The notes under the pieces were generated by a model that was not told where the DNA came from, ran no database searches, and worked only from the letters and a program-made list of their open reading frames with translations. Positions 37,273-45,958 of a stretch of DNA of 64,000 nt are shown here, piece after piece. Origin of the DNA: Acidobacteriota bacterium. Lineage in GTDB: Bacteria > Acidobacteriota > B3-B38 > Guanabaribacteriales > JAGGZT01. How positions within the stretch are numbered: the stretch's first letter is position 1; each line of letters opens with the position of its first letter. The translations under genes were made by a program, and so were the position numbers. Where the stretch lies: the NCBI GenBank assembly GCA_021161905.1, contig JAGGZT010000004.1, forward strand, positions 73,884 through 137,883. Reading direction: 5' to 3'.

Positions 37273-39246
37273 TCACATCCTCTTAGGCACCGAAATCCCC
37301 ATAAGGGAAAGGGTACGGATAAGCTGTTCCTTAAAGATAAAAACAAGCACCGCCCGCTCTAAGCGTCTTTCTTCGTCCTTTTCGTTTATAACCGGGTACT
37401 TATGATAATAGCTGTTGAACTCTTGCGCCAGATTGAAGGCATATTTGGCGAGCTGTGAGGGCTCAAGCGAGGAAACGGAAAGAGAAACTACCTCAGGCAG
37501 GCGGGCGATATCGAGGATGATGCGCCAGCTTTCTTTCCCTTCCTCCTTCTCTTCGAGTGATCTGAAGGATAAAGAGCTAATCGCCGATCTTAAATCATCC
37601 TCCTTAACCCCGAACCTCTCCTCAAGCTTCCTCAAAATGTTCTTCGCCCTAACCGCAGCGTACTGGATGTAGGGACCGGATTCCCCCTCGAAGTTGAGTG
37701 CCTCATCAAAATCAAAGGAGATAACCCTATTCCTCCCATACTTGATCATAAAATAACGGAGCGCCCCCACCGCTATATCCCGCGCTGTCTCAGCCAATTC
37801 ATCAGGGGAAAGTTCCGGATTCCGGGAACGAACCTCAAGCCTTGCCTTTTCCTCCAGCTTATCGATCAAATCGTCCGCCTTAACGCCAAGCCCCTTCCTC
37901 CCCGACATCTCGATATAGGGCTTTTCCTCCTCTTCAGGCGAGATGGGAAGTCCCAGCTCGCGGGCACAGGAAGGGGTGAGTGCCACCATCTCATAGGAGA
38001 AGTGGATTAGCCCCTCCGCCTCCTTCTTATAACCTGCTGATCTCAACCCCTCCTTTACCACCATCTGGGGATATGATTGACGGACATCGATCACATTGTA
38101 GACCCGCTCTCCCTTGCCAAAGGAGGGATGTCTTTCTTCACCATCCTGAGATGATGACCTAAAGACCACCTTACCATCGGGATAGGTATAGAACTTGCGA
38201 TAGAAGAAATCCCGTCCAAGGAGACCGAACTTCCACATATGATAGGCAATATCCTTCCCCACATAGGTCACCGTACCGTTCGAACGGACGAGGACCTTCT
38301 CCTTATCCTCGAGGTGGGCGAACTCATCGCTTCCGCTCAGATCCATTACGAAGCAGCCCTTATTCTTTCCTGAGGTGGCGAGATAAACCGCACCTCTTTC
38401 TTTTAATAGCTCAAACGCCTGCTCCCAGAATTTGAGACGGATAATATCCCCCTCCCAGGGCAGAAGATCGTAGTGAATGTTTATCCGTTCCATTGTTTTA
38501 AGGTGAGCGAGGACGATCCTTTTGGCGATGTAGCTCGCCATCTCAGCTATCTCCCCCTCCCCCTCCTCTATCTCCTTAAGCACCTCTGCTCTCCTTTCCG
38601 CCTCCTCTTTATTTTCCGCTAAATAGCTCGTTACCTTAGAATAAAGGTCCCAGCAGTAATAGTCGAACCTTTCCGAAATCTTCTCTACCTCCTCTAAGGA
38701 TTTCCCTTCCAGATACTTGAAGCCGAAAACGACATCCGCCACCTGAACCCCGGTATCGTCGATGTAATTTTGAACCTCAACCTCCTCACCAAGGAAGCGG
38801 AGCAGGCGGGCAAGGGTATCACCGAGGCAGGCGTTCCTCAAATGGCCTATATGAGCTGCCTTGTTTGGATTGATGCTCGAATGCTCTACGATAACCTTTA
38901 CCCCCAGCTTCCCCTTCCTCTTCTCGCCGAGCGAGGAGATGAGCTTCCTCAAAAAATCAGCTCGATCCAAGAAGAAGTTGATATAACCGGAACCGGCTAC
39001 CTCCACCTTCGATATACCGGAGATCGAGGAAAAGAAGGAGAGGAGCTCCTCGGCGATCTTCCGGGGAGGTTTTTTAAGGCTCTTTGCCAAAGAGAAGGCA
39101 ATCGGGGTGGCGAGATCGCCCATCTCAATGGAGGGTGGATGCTCGAGGATGACCGAAGGTGGTTCAATACCGTATCGATCTAAAATAGCGGACCGAATAG
39201 CATCCTTTATTATCTCATTTATACCAAGCATATCATCCTCGCTCAA
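37273..39246 (-). CDS. argS: Arginine--tRNA ligase
   Basis: Arg_tRNA_synt_N features (ISKVEVAGSGYINFFL). Class I HIGH motif in SSINPNKAAHIGHLRNACLGDTLARLL. DALR anticodon-binding C-terminus ending in M. Confidence 0.8.
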   Translation of the reverse strand: MSEDDMLGINEIIKDAIRSAILDRYGIEPPSVILEHPPSIEMGDLATPIAFSLAKSLKKPPRKIAEELLSFFSSISGISKVEVAGSGYINFFLDRADFLRKLISSLGEKRKGKLGVKVIVEHSSINPNKAAHIGHLRNACLGDTLARLLRFLGEEVEVQNYIDDTGVQVADVVFGFKYLEGKSLEEVEKISERFDYYCWDLYSKVTSYLAENKEEAERRAEVLKEIEEGEGEIAEMASYIAKRIVLAHLKTMERINIHYDLLPWEGDIIRLKFWEQAFELLKERGAVYLATSGKNKGCFVMDLSGSDEFAHLEDKEKVLVRSNGTVTYVGKDIAYHMWKFGLLGRDFFYRKFYTYPDGKVVFRSSSQDGEERHPSFGKGERVYNVIDVRQSYPQMVVKEGLRSAGYKKEAEGLIHFSYEMVALTPSCARELGLPISPEEEEKPYIEMSGRKGLGVKADDLIDKLEEKARLEVRSRNPELSPDELAETARDIAVGALRYFMIKYGRNRVISFDFDEALNFEGESGPYIQYAAVRAKNILRKLEERFGVKEDDLRSAISSLSFRSLEEKEEGKESWRIILDIARLPEVVSLSVSSLEPSQLAKYAFNLAQEFNSYYHKYPVINEKDEERRLERAVLVFIFKEQLIRTLSLMGISVPKRM

Positions 39247-39284
39247 AAGGGGCTACTGATTATACTACCTTTGGCAAAAGATGG

Positions 39285-39950
39285 TCAATCTCCGCCCTTT
39301 CTAAAATAGCATCGCTTCAACCCCTCAAGGAGAACAAACCTGCCAAGAGGAATAACAGAACACTCAAAGCTCTCTATAAACGCTTTATTCTCACAGAGCC
39401 CCCCGGAAAGATAGAGCTTTCTCGGACGGTTAACCAGAAGAAAACAGTTATGGGCTATCCCCTTAAGAAAGCCGGAAAACGCCTCCTCGTAAGGCACCCC
39501 TCCCGCTATCAGGTCGAACATCTTGGTCATCCCAAGGACACCGCAGGTCACCGGAATCCTCTTCGCCTCCCGGGGCACCTTATCAAGGGAGATGTGAAAA
39601 TAATTGGTGAGAAGCTCGATTATCTGCCCAGTGAAGGCACCGCATTCGGTATTCCAGTCCATCTCGACTATCTTCCCCCCCTCAACCCGTACATACTTTA
39701 CATCCCTCGCCCCACAGTCGAGAAGGGTGAAATCTGGCTCATCGATGAGGGCAAGCCCTCCCTCCGCTAAAGCAACCAGCTCGTTCACCCGCCTGGGATA
39801 AGAGGAGACATTATATCCAGTGGCAAGCTCGACCTCAAAATCATCCCTCAACTCCTTGAACCGACGGGTAGGGATGATCTGATAACCTCCCTCATCGAGG
39901 AAGTAGACCTTGGTGTAAGCGGTGCCGCCGTCTAAAAGGATCCTTTTCAT
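39285..39950 (-). CDS. ASKHA-fold ATPase, BadF/BadG/BcrA/BcrD or HgdC 'CoA-enzyme activase'-like (short form)
   Basis: 221 aa. N-terminal phosphate-1 motif ILLDGGTAYTKVYFL. Cysteine pair (LLDCGARD ... NTECGAFTGQ) like the [4Fe-4S]-bridging cysteines of activases. Confidence 0.45.
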   Translation of the reverse strand: MKRILLDGGTAYTKVYFLDEGGYQIIPTRRFKELRDDFEVELATGYNVSSYPRRVNELVALAEGGLALIDEPDFTLLDCGARDVKYVRVEGGKIVEMDWNTECGAFTGQIIELLTNYFHISLDKVPREAKRIPVTCGVLGMTKMFDLIAGGVPYEEAFSGFLKGIAHNCFLLVNRPRKLYLSGGLCENKAFIESFECSVIPLGRFVLLEGLKRCYFRKGGD

Positions 39951-40693
39951 CTCACATTAAATTTGATAAACGCCTCTATCTTCGCCACCGTAGCCTTGGT
40001 AAGTCGTTCATCGACCTCGACGAAGAGCCCCTGATATCTCCGAGCGAAGTTATAGGCAAGCGCCGTTTTCTGACAGAAACTGTGGGCGAAGAAGACAGTA
40101 GGGACATCAGGATCTACCGAAAGCTCAAGTGAAAGGTCCGCCGGGGTCTTGTTCTCCATACATCGGGTCCAACCGTAGATATGGGTCCCCTCAGGGAAGA
40201 GATCAAGGATATCAAAATCATAAGGGGGAACCCCCCAGAAACCGCAACGGGGCTTAGTCCTTCGAAGCTTGAGCCCTGGTGGAAGCGGTTTTATCACCGT
40301 ATCTACGATCAGCTCCATCTTCCTCCGCAAGGGGAGATCGCTTACCGAGATGGGAAAGCCCGCTCCCCTCATATTGGTGTTCCTCTCCGCCAAAACCGGA
40401 ATACCAGCAAGCTCAAACTCACTTGCCAAGTAGCGCATACCATCGCATTTTCCCTCCCCTACATCGGCAAGCACCAAAGAAAGTTTGCCACTTCTCGATA
40501 GGTGAAAGGCGTTCTCCGCCACCCGCCTGAGGATGGGACAATAGATCCGAGGGAGGATCCGCTCATCACGGGAAGCACCGGGAAGAGGGTTATCGAGATC
40601 GATGATGGTATACCCATCTTTGAGATAAGCCTCGATCGTCTCCCATCTCGGAACACCGGCGATACCGACTACCTTCTCTCCCATCTCATTCAT
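39947..40693 (-). CDS. Cysteine-rich hypothetical protein, no family recognised
   Basis: 248 aa. Conserved-looking Cys at IYCPIL, GEGKCDG, PRCGFWG, WTRCME, FCQK. Overlaps the ASKHA gene by 4 nt (coupled). Its own start lies 8 nt inside queC. Confidence 0.5.
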   Translation of the reverse strand: MNEMGEKVVGIAGVPRWETIEAYLKDGYTIIDLDNPLPGASRDERILPRIYCPILRRVAENAFHLSRSGKLSLVLADVGEGKCDGMRYLASEFELAGIPVLAERNTNMRGAGFPISVSDLPLRRKMELIVDTVIKPLPPGLKLRRTKPRCGFWGVPPYDFDILDLFPEGTHIYGWTRCMENKTPADLSLELSVDPDVPTVFFAHSFCQKTALAYNFARRYQGLFVEVDERLTKATVAKIEAFIKFNVR

Positions 40694-41375
40694 CCAATGG
40701 ATAGGGGTGCTGGTAAGGGATGGGATCGGGAACCCCTGCCTCCCTGAAGGCGCGACGCCTTAGAACACAGCTATCGCAAATACCACAGGCGATCTCGTTC
40801 TCCTTATAGCAGGACCAACTGAGCTCAAAGGGGGCGGAAAGCTCCACGCCCTTAAGCACTATCTCCTTCTTGCTCATCCCAATTAATGGTGTTAGGATCT
40901 CGATCTTCGTTTCCGGCTTTGTCCCAAGCTCTATCACCCTGTTAAAGGCGTGGAAGAACTCCCTCCGACAATCGGGATAGCCTGAGCTATCGACCTCTAC
41001 CGCGCCGATGAAGACTTTACTTGCTCCGATCGCCTCGGCAAAGGAGACACCGACCGAAAGGAGGTTGGCATTTCTGAAAGGAACATAGGAAGGAGGAATG
41101 TCCTTCCTCTTCAGGTCCGCCTTCCCCACCTCTATTCTGGGATCGGTTAGGCTCGAGCCGCCGATATCCTTGAAGTGATCGAGCCTGACCACCAACCTCC
41201 GGGAAACCTTGTAGAAATCCGCTATATCCTCAAAGGCTTTCCGCTCCCTCGCCTCAGTCCTCTGTCCGTAGGAGGCATGGAGAAAGGCAAGCTCATACTC
41301 CCTCGCTGCAATGGCAGCGGTGACCAGGCTGTCCATCCCACCACTTACAAGAACAACCGCTAACTCCCGTTTCAT
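40686..41375 (-). CDS. queC: 7-cyano-7-deazaguanine synthase QueC
   Basis: PP-loop VLVSGGMDS and the C-terminal zinc motif [14 protein letters not shown]. Confidence 0.9.
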   Translation of the reverse strand: MKRELAVVLVSGGMDSLVTAAIAAREYELAFLHASYGQRTEARERKAFEDIADFYKVSRRLVVRLDHFKDIGGSSLTDPRIEVGKADLKRKDIPPSYVPFRNANLLSVGVSFAEAIGASKVFIGAVEVDSSGYPDCRREFFHAFNRVIELGTKPETKIEILTPLIGMSKKEIVLKGVELSAPFELSWSCYKENEIACGICDSCVLRRRAFREAGVPDPIPYQHPYPLDE

Positions 41376-41378
41376 ACC

Positions 41379-42017
41379 TTAAACCCCCCTTTCCGTTTGG
41401 GGCCAAATCAACTTATGAAGTTGAAGTTGAAGCCGGGCGTTCAAGCCATCTCGCACCATCAGCTCCGCAAGCCTCTCCGGCGGAAATAGCCTGTGGGCGG
41501 GAGAAAAAAGGACATTTCCCCTCTCAAAAAGTCGGTAGCGGGAGCAAACCTCCTTTGCCCAATTATAGTCCTCCTCCGAGGTGAGGACGAATTTCACCTC
41601 ATCCTTTTCCTTCAACTTCTCTATATTATCCCACAACATCCTATCAGCCATACCGGATCCAGGACATTTGATATCCATAACAATAACTACCCTCTCGTCC
41701 ACCTTCCCTATATCAAGGCTTCCATTGGTCTCGAGGAGGACGATAAAACCGGAGGAGAGAAATTGGTCGATCAAAGGATAAACCTCGGGAGAAAGAAGCG
41801 GTTCCCCACCGGTTATGGTAATAAGTCTTATCCCATAATCCTTAACCCTCTTCACCACCGAAGCGAGGGAAAGCTCCTCCCCTTCATAATATGCATAACG
41901 GGTATCGCAATAACTGCAACGGAGATTACATCCGGTAAGCCGGATAAAAACCGAGGGATACCCAGCGAAAGAGGATTCCCCCTGAATACTGGCGAATATC
42001 TCGTTTACCTTCATCAC
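41379..42017 (-). CDS. queE: 7-carboxy-7-deazaguanine synthase QueE (radical SAM)
   Basis: EIFASIQGESSFAGYPSVFIRLTGCNLRCSYCDT carries the QueE-type CxxxCxxC with the preceding QGEG-like motif; 212 aa. Confidence 0.9.
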   Translation of the reverse strand: MMKVNEIFASIQGESSFAGYPSVFIRLTGCNLRCSYCDTRYAYYEGEELSLASVVKRVKDYGIRLITITGGEPLLSPEVYPLIDQFLSSGFIVLLETNGSLDIGKVDERVVIVMDIKCPGSGMADRMLWDNIEKLKEKDEVKFVLTSEEDYNWAKEVCSRYRLFERGNVLFSPAHRLFPPERLAELMVRDGLNARLQLQLHKLIWPQTERGV

Positions 42018-42021
42018 TCCC

Positions 42022-42936
42022 TCAAAACAGGCTCGGTTGAGCCGGTCCTTCCTTAGAGATGTCGAGAAGCCGGGGAAAGGAGGAAAGAAGGGGCTCAGGA
42101 ACCCTCACCTTCTCCCCAAAGAGGAGGCTTTTTATCTCAAGAGCGTTCGCCACTGCCTGCCCCCGGTAGTGATTGTTGGTGATAACTATCGTTTTTTCCG
42201 CCCTCTTTGCCATCTTCACGATCCGCTTAAGCCAGGGATAAAGCTCCTCTCGGCTATAAAAATAGTTGTACCGCTCATCCCTCTCCGCATCATCCCGAAA
42301 CCAGTCATCGTAATTCTGGCCATGGAGCCGAACATAAGCCACCTGCGCGGTCACCTCAGAAGTGGGAGAAAGGGAATGGGCGAATACCGGTTGGTCAATA
42401 TTGCAGAAAGAAACACCCTTCTCCCTTAATAGGGTGTACGAACCTGGATGATCCCAAGAAGAATGCCTTACCTCCACTGTCAAGGGGTACTCCCGGAACC
42501 GATGTATAAGGGAGAGAAGGTACTCCCTATTTTCCTCGGTATTCTTGAATGACCAAGGGAACTGGATCAAGATGGCATCAAGCCTCTCTCCTTCAGCGAG
42601 GGGAGAGATTCCCCGTTTGAATTCCTCCTCTTGCTCCTTAGTGGCAAGTTCTCGCTCATGGGTAAAACCGCGAAAAAGCTTCACCGTAAAGCTAAAGTCC
42701 TCCTTCCCCCTTACTCGGCTAACCCAATCTCGAGCCATCTCCGCGGGTATCATCCGATAAAAGGTTACATTCACCTCAACCACATCGAGATAGTCCGCAA
42801 GGTAGGCAAGTGGATCAAACCCTCGCCCCTTCTTCTTCGGAAAGACTACCCCTTCCCAATCGGGATAGGACCAGCCAGCGGTGCCGATCTTCACCCTCCC
42901 CTTGAGGGATGGCTCAATTATCCCTTCTTTTCCCAT
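42022..42936 (-). CDS. DUF72 (UPF0759/YecE-like) family protein
   Basis: KIGTAGWSYPDWEGVVFP is the DUF72 signature; 304 aa. Confidence 0.8.
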   Translation of the reverse strand: MGKEGIIEPSLKGRVKIGTAGWSYPDWEGVVFPKKKGRGFDPLAYLADYLDVVEVNVTFYRMIPAEMARDWVSRVRGKEDFSFTVKLFRGFTHERELATKEQEEEFKRGISPLAEGERLDAILIQFPWSFKNTEENREYLLSLIHRFREYPLTVEVRHSSWDHPGSYTLLREKGVSFCNIDQPVFAHSLSPTSEVTAQVAYVRLHGQNYDDWFRDDAERDERYNYFYSREELYPWLKRIVKMAKRAEKTIVITNNHYRGQAVANALEIKSLLFGEKVRVPEPLLSSFPRLLDISKEGPAQPSLF

Positions 42937-44362
42937 TCAGAAACTCCTTTAAAAAAGTGGGGATCGAAATATTCTCCTCGGAATCAAGCCCCCTGTTTAA
43001 AAGATTAGCATATTTTCTCAGCTTAGAGCAAACCTCAAGGGAAAACTCATCCCCACCGGTTGGTACTATCGTATTGTTGTGAAGAAGGGGATCGGCATCA
43101 TCCGCAATAAGCCCGAGTGCGACCGCCTTTTCCCAATCGGCTGTTCCCGGTATCGGAGAGTACGAGGCAAGCCTCACCTTAGCCCCAAGCGAGTTCACAT
43201 AAACGATGCTCTCCACCACCTCGCGAAGTCTCTGCCCTGGAAGCCCCATCATCAGATAAACCTCTATCCCCTCCCGAGCAAAACCGGCATCGGAGAGGAA
43301 CCTCAACGCTCGCTCAAAATCCTCATTCGCCACCTTCCCCCCGATCGCCTTCTGCCTCTTCGGGTCCGCCGTCTCCAAGCTTAATCGTACAGTGATGAAG
43401 CCCGCCTCCTTCATCAGGAAAGCAAGCTCAGAGGTCATCATCCTTGGGGAAAGCCCGTTTGGGGTGTGAAGCTTCAGGTTCAACCTTCGATCGATAATCC
43501 CCTTGAGGATCACCTCTATATGCCTCTTTGAATTAACGAGAAGGGCATCGTCGTAAAACACGAGATGCTGTATCCTATATCGCTCTTTATAATACTCGAT
43601 CTCCTCGATAACCCGAGAAGGATCTCGCTGGCGGAAAGGGGAGAAAAGAAGCCTCGAGGCGCAAAAACTGCAGGAAAGGGGGCAGCCCCGAGAGGTCAAT
43701 ATGGGAAGAAAAGGACCAACGCACACCCCATCGTAATCGGGATAGGGGAGGGAATCAAGCTCAGCTGAGATCGAAAAATCCCTTTCTCGCCCCAAGAGCT
43801 CATCAACCAACCTAAGCGCAGGAACCTCCCCAGGACCCCTTATGATGAAATCGGCACCGGTCACCTCCTTGGCATGATGAGGTAAAAGGGTGGCATAAAC
43901 GCCCCCGAGCACCACTGGAACATCGGGGAACCTCTTCTTCACCATCTTTATCGCCTGAACCACTCCCGGATACCAGTAGGTCATCATCGAGGTAATAAGA
44001 ACGGCGGAAGGTCTTCCTACCTTATCGAGCTCTGCCTCGAATATATCGAGTGGAAGCCCATAACGAGCATACCTTCTCGGCACATTGGAGAGCAACCTTG
44101 GCTTTTCCACCTCTTCTCGGTGGAACTTACCCCTTCCATCGTCTTTACCCTGCGGCTTGCTTTTTTCCTCCCGAGCGAGTAGCTCAGGGTGGAGGCGGTC
44201 GAGGCAGTCGATTATCTTCGTTTCATAGCCGAACTTTCTAAGAAAAGAGGAAAGATAAAGAAGCCCCACCGGCTTCACCCAGAGATCGTAGGCGGCGAAG
44301 TCGTAGATCCACGGGTTAATGAGAAGGATCTTTTTTCCCGACAAACCATCCTCCTTTATCAA
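42914..44362 (-). CDS. B12-binding-domain radical SAM enzyme (class B rSAM)
   Basis: N-terminal Rossmann-like B12-binding region (KKILLINPW...YLSSFLRKFGYETKIID). Radical SAM TSRGCPLSCSFCAS. 482 aa. Overlaps the DUF72 gene by 23 nt. Confidence 0.8.
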   Translation of the reverse strand: MIKEDGLSGKKILLINPWIYDFAAYDLWVKPVGLLYLSSFLRKFGYETKIIDCLDRLHPELLAREEKSKPQGKDDGRGKFHREEVEKPRLLSNVPRRYARYGLPLDIFEAELDKVGRPSAVLITSMMTYWYPGVVQAIKMVKKRFPDVPVVLGGVYATLLPHHAKEVTGADFIIRGPGEVPALRLVDELLGRERDFSISAELDSLPYPDYDGVCVGPFLPILTSRGCPLSCSFCASRLLFSPFRQRDPSRVIEEIEYYKERYRIQHLVFYDDALLVNSKRHIEVILKGIIDRRLNLKLHTPNGLSPRMMTSELAFLMKEAGFITVRLSLETADPKRQKAIGGKVANEDFERALRFLSDAGFAREGIEVYLMMGLPGQRLREVVESIVYVNSLGAKVRLASYSPIPGTADWEKAVALGLIADDADPLLHNNTIVPTGGDEFSLEVCSKLRKYANLLNRGLDSEENISIPTFLKEFLNGKRRDN

Positions 44363-44438
44363 TTCTCTCCTTAGTGGATTATAGCTCTCAAAGAAAAATT
44401 AAGCCAACCCAATACCCTCCGGTATAATCAAGAGCCGA

Positions 44439-44466
44439 TTGACGAGAGAGAAGGGTTATGATAATT
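44439..44466 (+). promoter_or_regulatory. Near-consensus sigma70-type promoter for the 44487 gene
   Basis: TTGACG, a 16-nt spacer, then ATAATT. AAGGAGGG ribosome-binding site 6 nt before the ATG at 44487. Confidence 0.55.
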
Positions 44467-44486
44467 TTTAACTAAGGAGGGCAAAA

Positions 44487-45008
44487 ATGAGAAAGACCAA
44501 TAGGATTATTGTTTTGCTCGTCATTGCGGGGGCAATTTTAACAGCGAGCGCCTTTTCACAAGAAAAGGTAAAACCGGTTAACTTCCGGAAACTCATCCCC
44601 TTCTTAGGAGATATCCCTGGGTTTAAACCTGAGGGCAAAGCAGAGGGACAAACGGTCACCATGGGAAATATAAGCTACACGATGGTTCAAAGGGAATACG
44701 CGTCGGATGGGAAAAGGCTCACTGTGATAATTTTCCATGGAGGCTCCTTCGCCCCACCATACCTTATGTTTCAGCAGATGGCGAACATTCAAGTGGACAG
44801 CTCTGATGAATTCATCAAGTCAATAAAGATAAATGGCTTCAAGGCAGTGGAACATTATACCTACGGGAACAAGAGGGGTAAGGTGATGATATTACTGAAA
44901 AAACATCTCCTGGTGATGGTGGAAGAGGAGAAAGCGGAAAACATCGAAGAGACAGTGAAAATAGCCTCCTCACTACCGCTCAAGAAGATCGCCAATGCGG
45001 TCAAATAA
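44487..45008 (+). CDS. Secreted hypothetical protein
   Basis: Signal peptide MRKTNRIIVLLVIAGAILTASAFSQE. No recognisable domain. AT-richer than its flanks. Overlaps the nuclease gene by 14 nt. Confidence 0.6.
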   Translation: MRKTNRIIVLLVIAGAILTASAFSQEKVKPVNFRKLIPFLGDIPGFKPEGKAEGQTVTMGNISYTMVQREYASDGKRLTVIIFHGGSFAPPYLMFQQMANIQVDSSDEFIKSIKINGFKAVEHYTYGNKRGKVMILLKKHLLVMVEEEKAENIEETVKIASSLPLKKIANAVK

Positions 45009-45480
45009 TCTTGAGGAGAAGAAGCTGGGAAAGGGTTATTTAATATTTATCCTCCTATTTTTTCTTTTCACCCCCACTCCCAAAGAAGGGCGTTATCGGG
45101 TACTGAAGGTCTATGATGGAGATAGCATTCTCCTCCGTTTCCCAGACGGGAGTGTGGAGAAGGTTCGCTATATAGGGATAGATGCTCCGGAGCGATTTCA
45201 ACCCTACCATTCGGTAGCGAGGAAGAAAAATTGGGAACTTCTCCGAAAGGGGGAGATAAGGCTTGAGTTCGATGTGAAAAAACGGGATAGATACGGAAGG
45301 ATACTTGCCTATGTATATGCGGGGAAGATTATGATAAACGCCGAGATGCTGAGACTTGGACTCGCCCGGGTCTATTACGACAAGGAGAATACCCGCTATC
45401 TTGAGCTCTTCAAAAAACTGGAGGAGGAGGCAAGGAAAAAACATTTAGGTATCTGGAAGAAGAGGAGGTATCGCTGGTGA
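44995..45480 (+). CDS. Thermonuclease (staphylococcal-nuclease/SNase-like) with N-terminal signal/anchor
   Basis: SNase motifs VLKVYDGDSILLRF, VRYIGIDAPE and DRYGRILAYVY. Confidence 0.8.
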   Translation: MRSNNLEEKKLGKGYLIFILLFFLFTPTPKEGRYRVLKVYDGDSILLRFPDGSVEKVRYIGIDAPERFQPYHSVARKKNWELLRKGEIRLEFDVKKRDRYGRILAYVYAGKIMINAEMLRLGLARVYYDKENTRYLELFKKLEEEARKKHLGIWKKRRYRW

Positions 45481-45570
45481 AACGCTTTATCTTAATAAGC
45501 CTTCTTCTCCTCATCGGAGGGATACTAATATCTGTTTTTATCCTCGTTCCATACACCAAGCACGAGAAGG

Positions 45571-45834
45571 ATGATAACGGTCTATTTAGTGCGAAAAAGC
45601 CTCTCCAAAGCGGATCTTAGATCCCTTATCCCAGATGAGGAGATGAGAGCGAAGTTTAAAAGAAGCCTTTTAAGGTTCGTTAAGGAAGGAAGTAGAAGAA
45701 ACATACCGGAAGAGAAAATCAAAGAACTGAACGAACTTACCAGAGAACTAAGCAAAGATGGAGTTTTGGAAAGGGAAGAAGTGGAACTGCTCATCAAAAA
45801 GATGAATGAAATACTCACCTGTAGAGAAAAGTAG
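45571..45834 (+). CDS. Weak call: small basic/acidic hypothetical protein
   Basis: 87-aa ORF on the same strand as neighbours with coding-like composition. No motif. An alternative 46-aa TM peptide ORF starting GTG at 45478, coupled to the nuclease stop, is also possible. Confidence 0.3.
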   Translation: MITVYLVRKSLSKADLRSLIPDEEMRAKFKRSLLRFVKEGSRRNIPEEKIKELNELTRELSKDGVLEREEVELLIKKMNEILTCREK

Positions 45835-45860
45835 CGGAGATCTCCTTCAAGGATTTATAC

Positions 45861-45889
45861 TTGATTCCATATTGAAGGGCTAGTATAAT
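45861..45889 (+). promoter_or_regulatory. Consensus-like sigma70 promoter upstream of the kinase gene
   Basis: TTGATT, a 17-nt spacer, then TATAAT, about 70 nt upstream of the ATG at 45959. GAGGGGGAC ribosome-binding site. Confidence 0.55.
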
Positions 45890-45958
45890 AAAATCACTTT
45901 ATATATCCGATAAAAGATTAGAGGTTATAGTGAGTGTCAAATACTGTAGAGGGGGACG

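Noticed and set aside
41493-42056. 187-aa + strand ORF opposite queE
   Set aside because: Antisense shadow of a confidently identified gene.
39285-44362. Dpd-type 7-deazaguanine DNA-modification/defence island
   Set aside because: No DpdA (TGT-like), DpdB (ParB-like), helicase or nuclease genes accompany queC/queE. So I report it as a metabolic tailoring cluster, not a known defence system.
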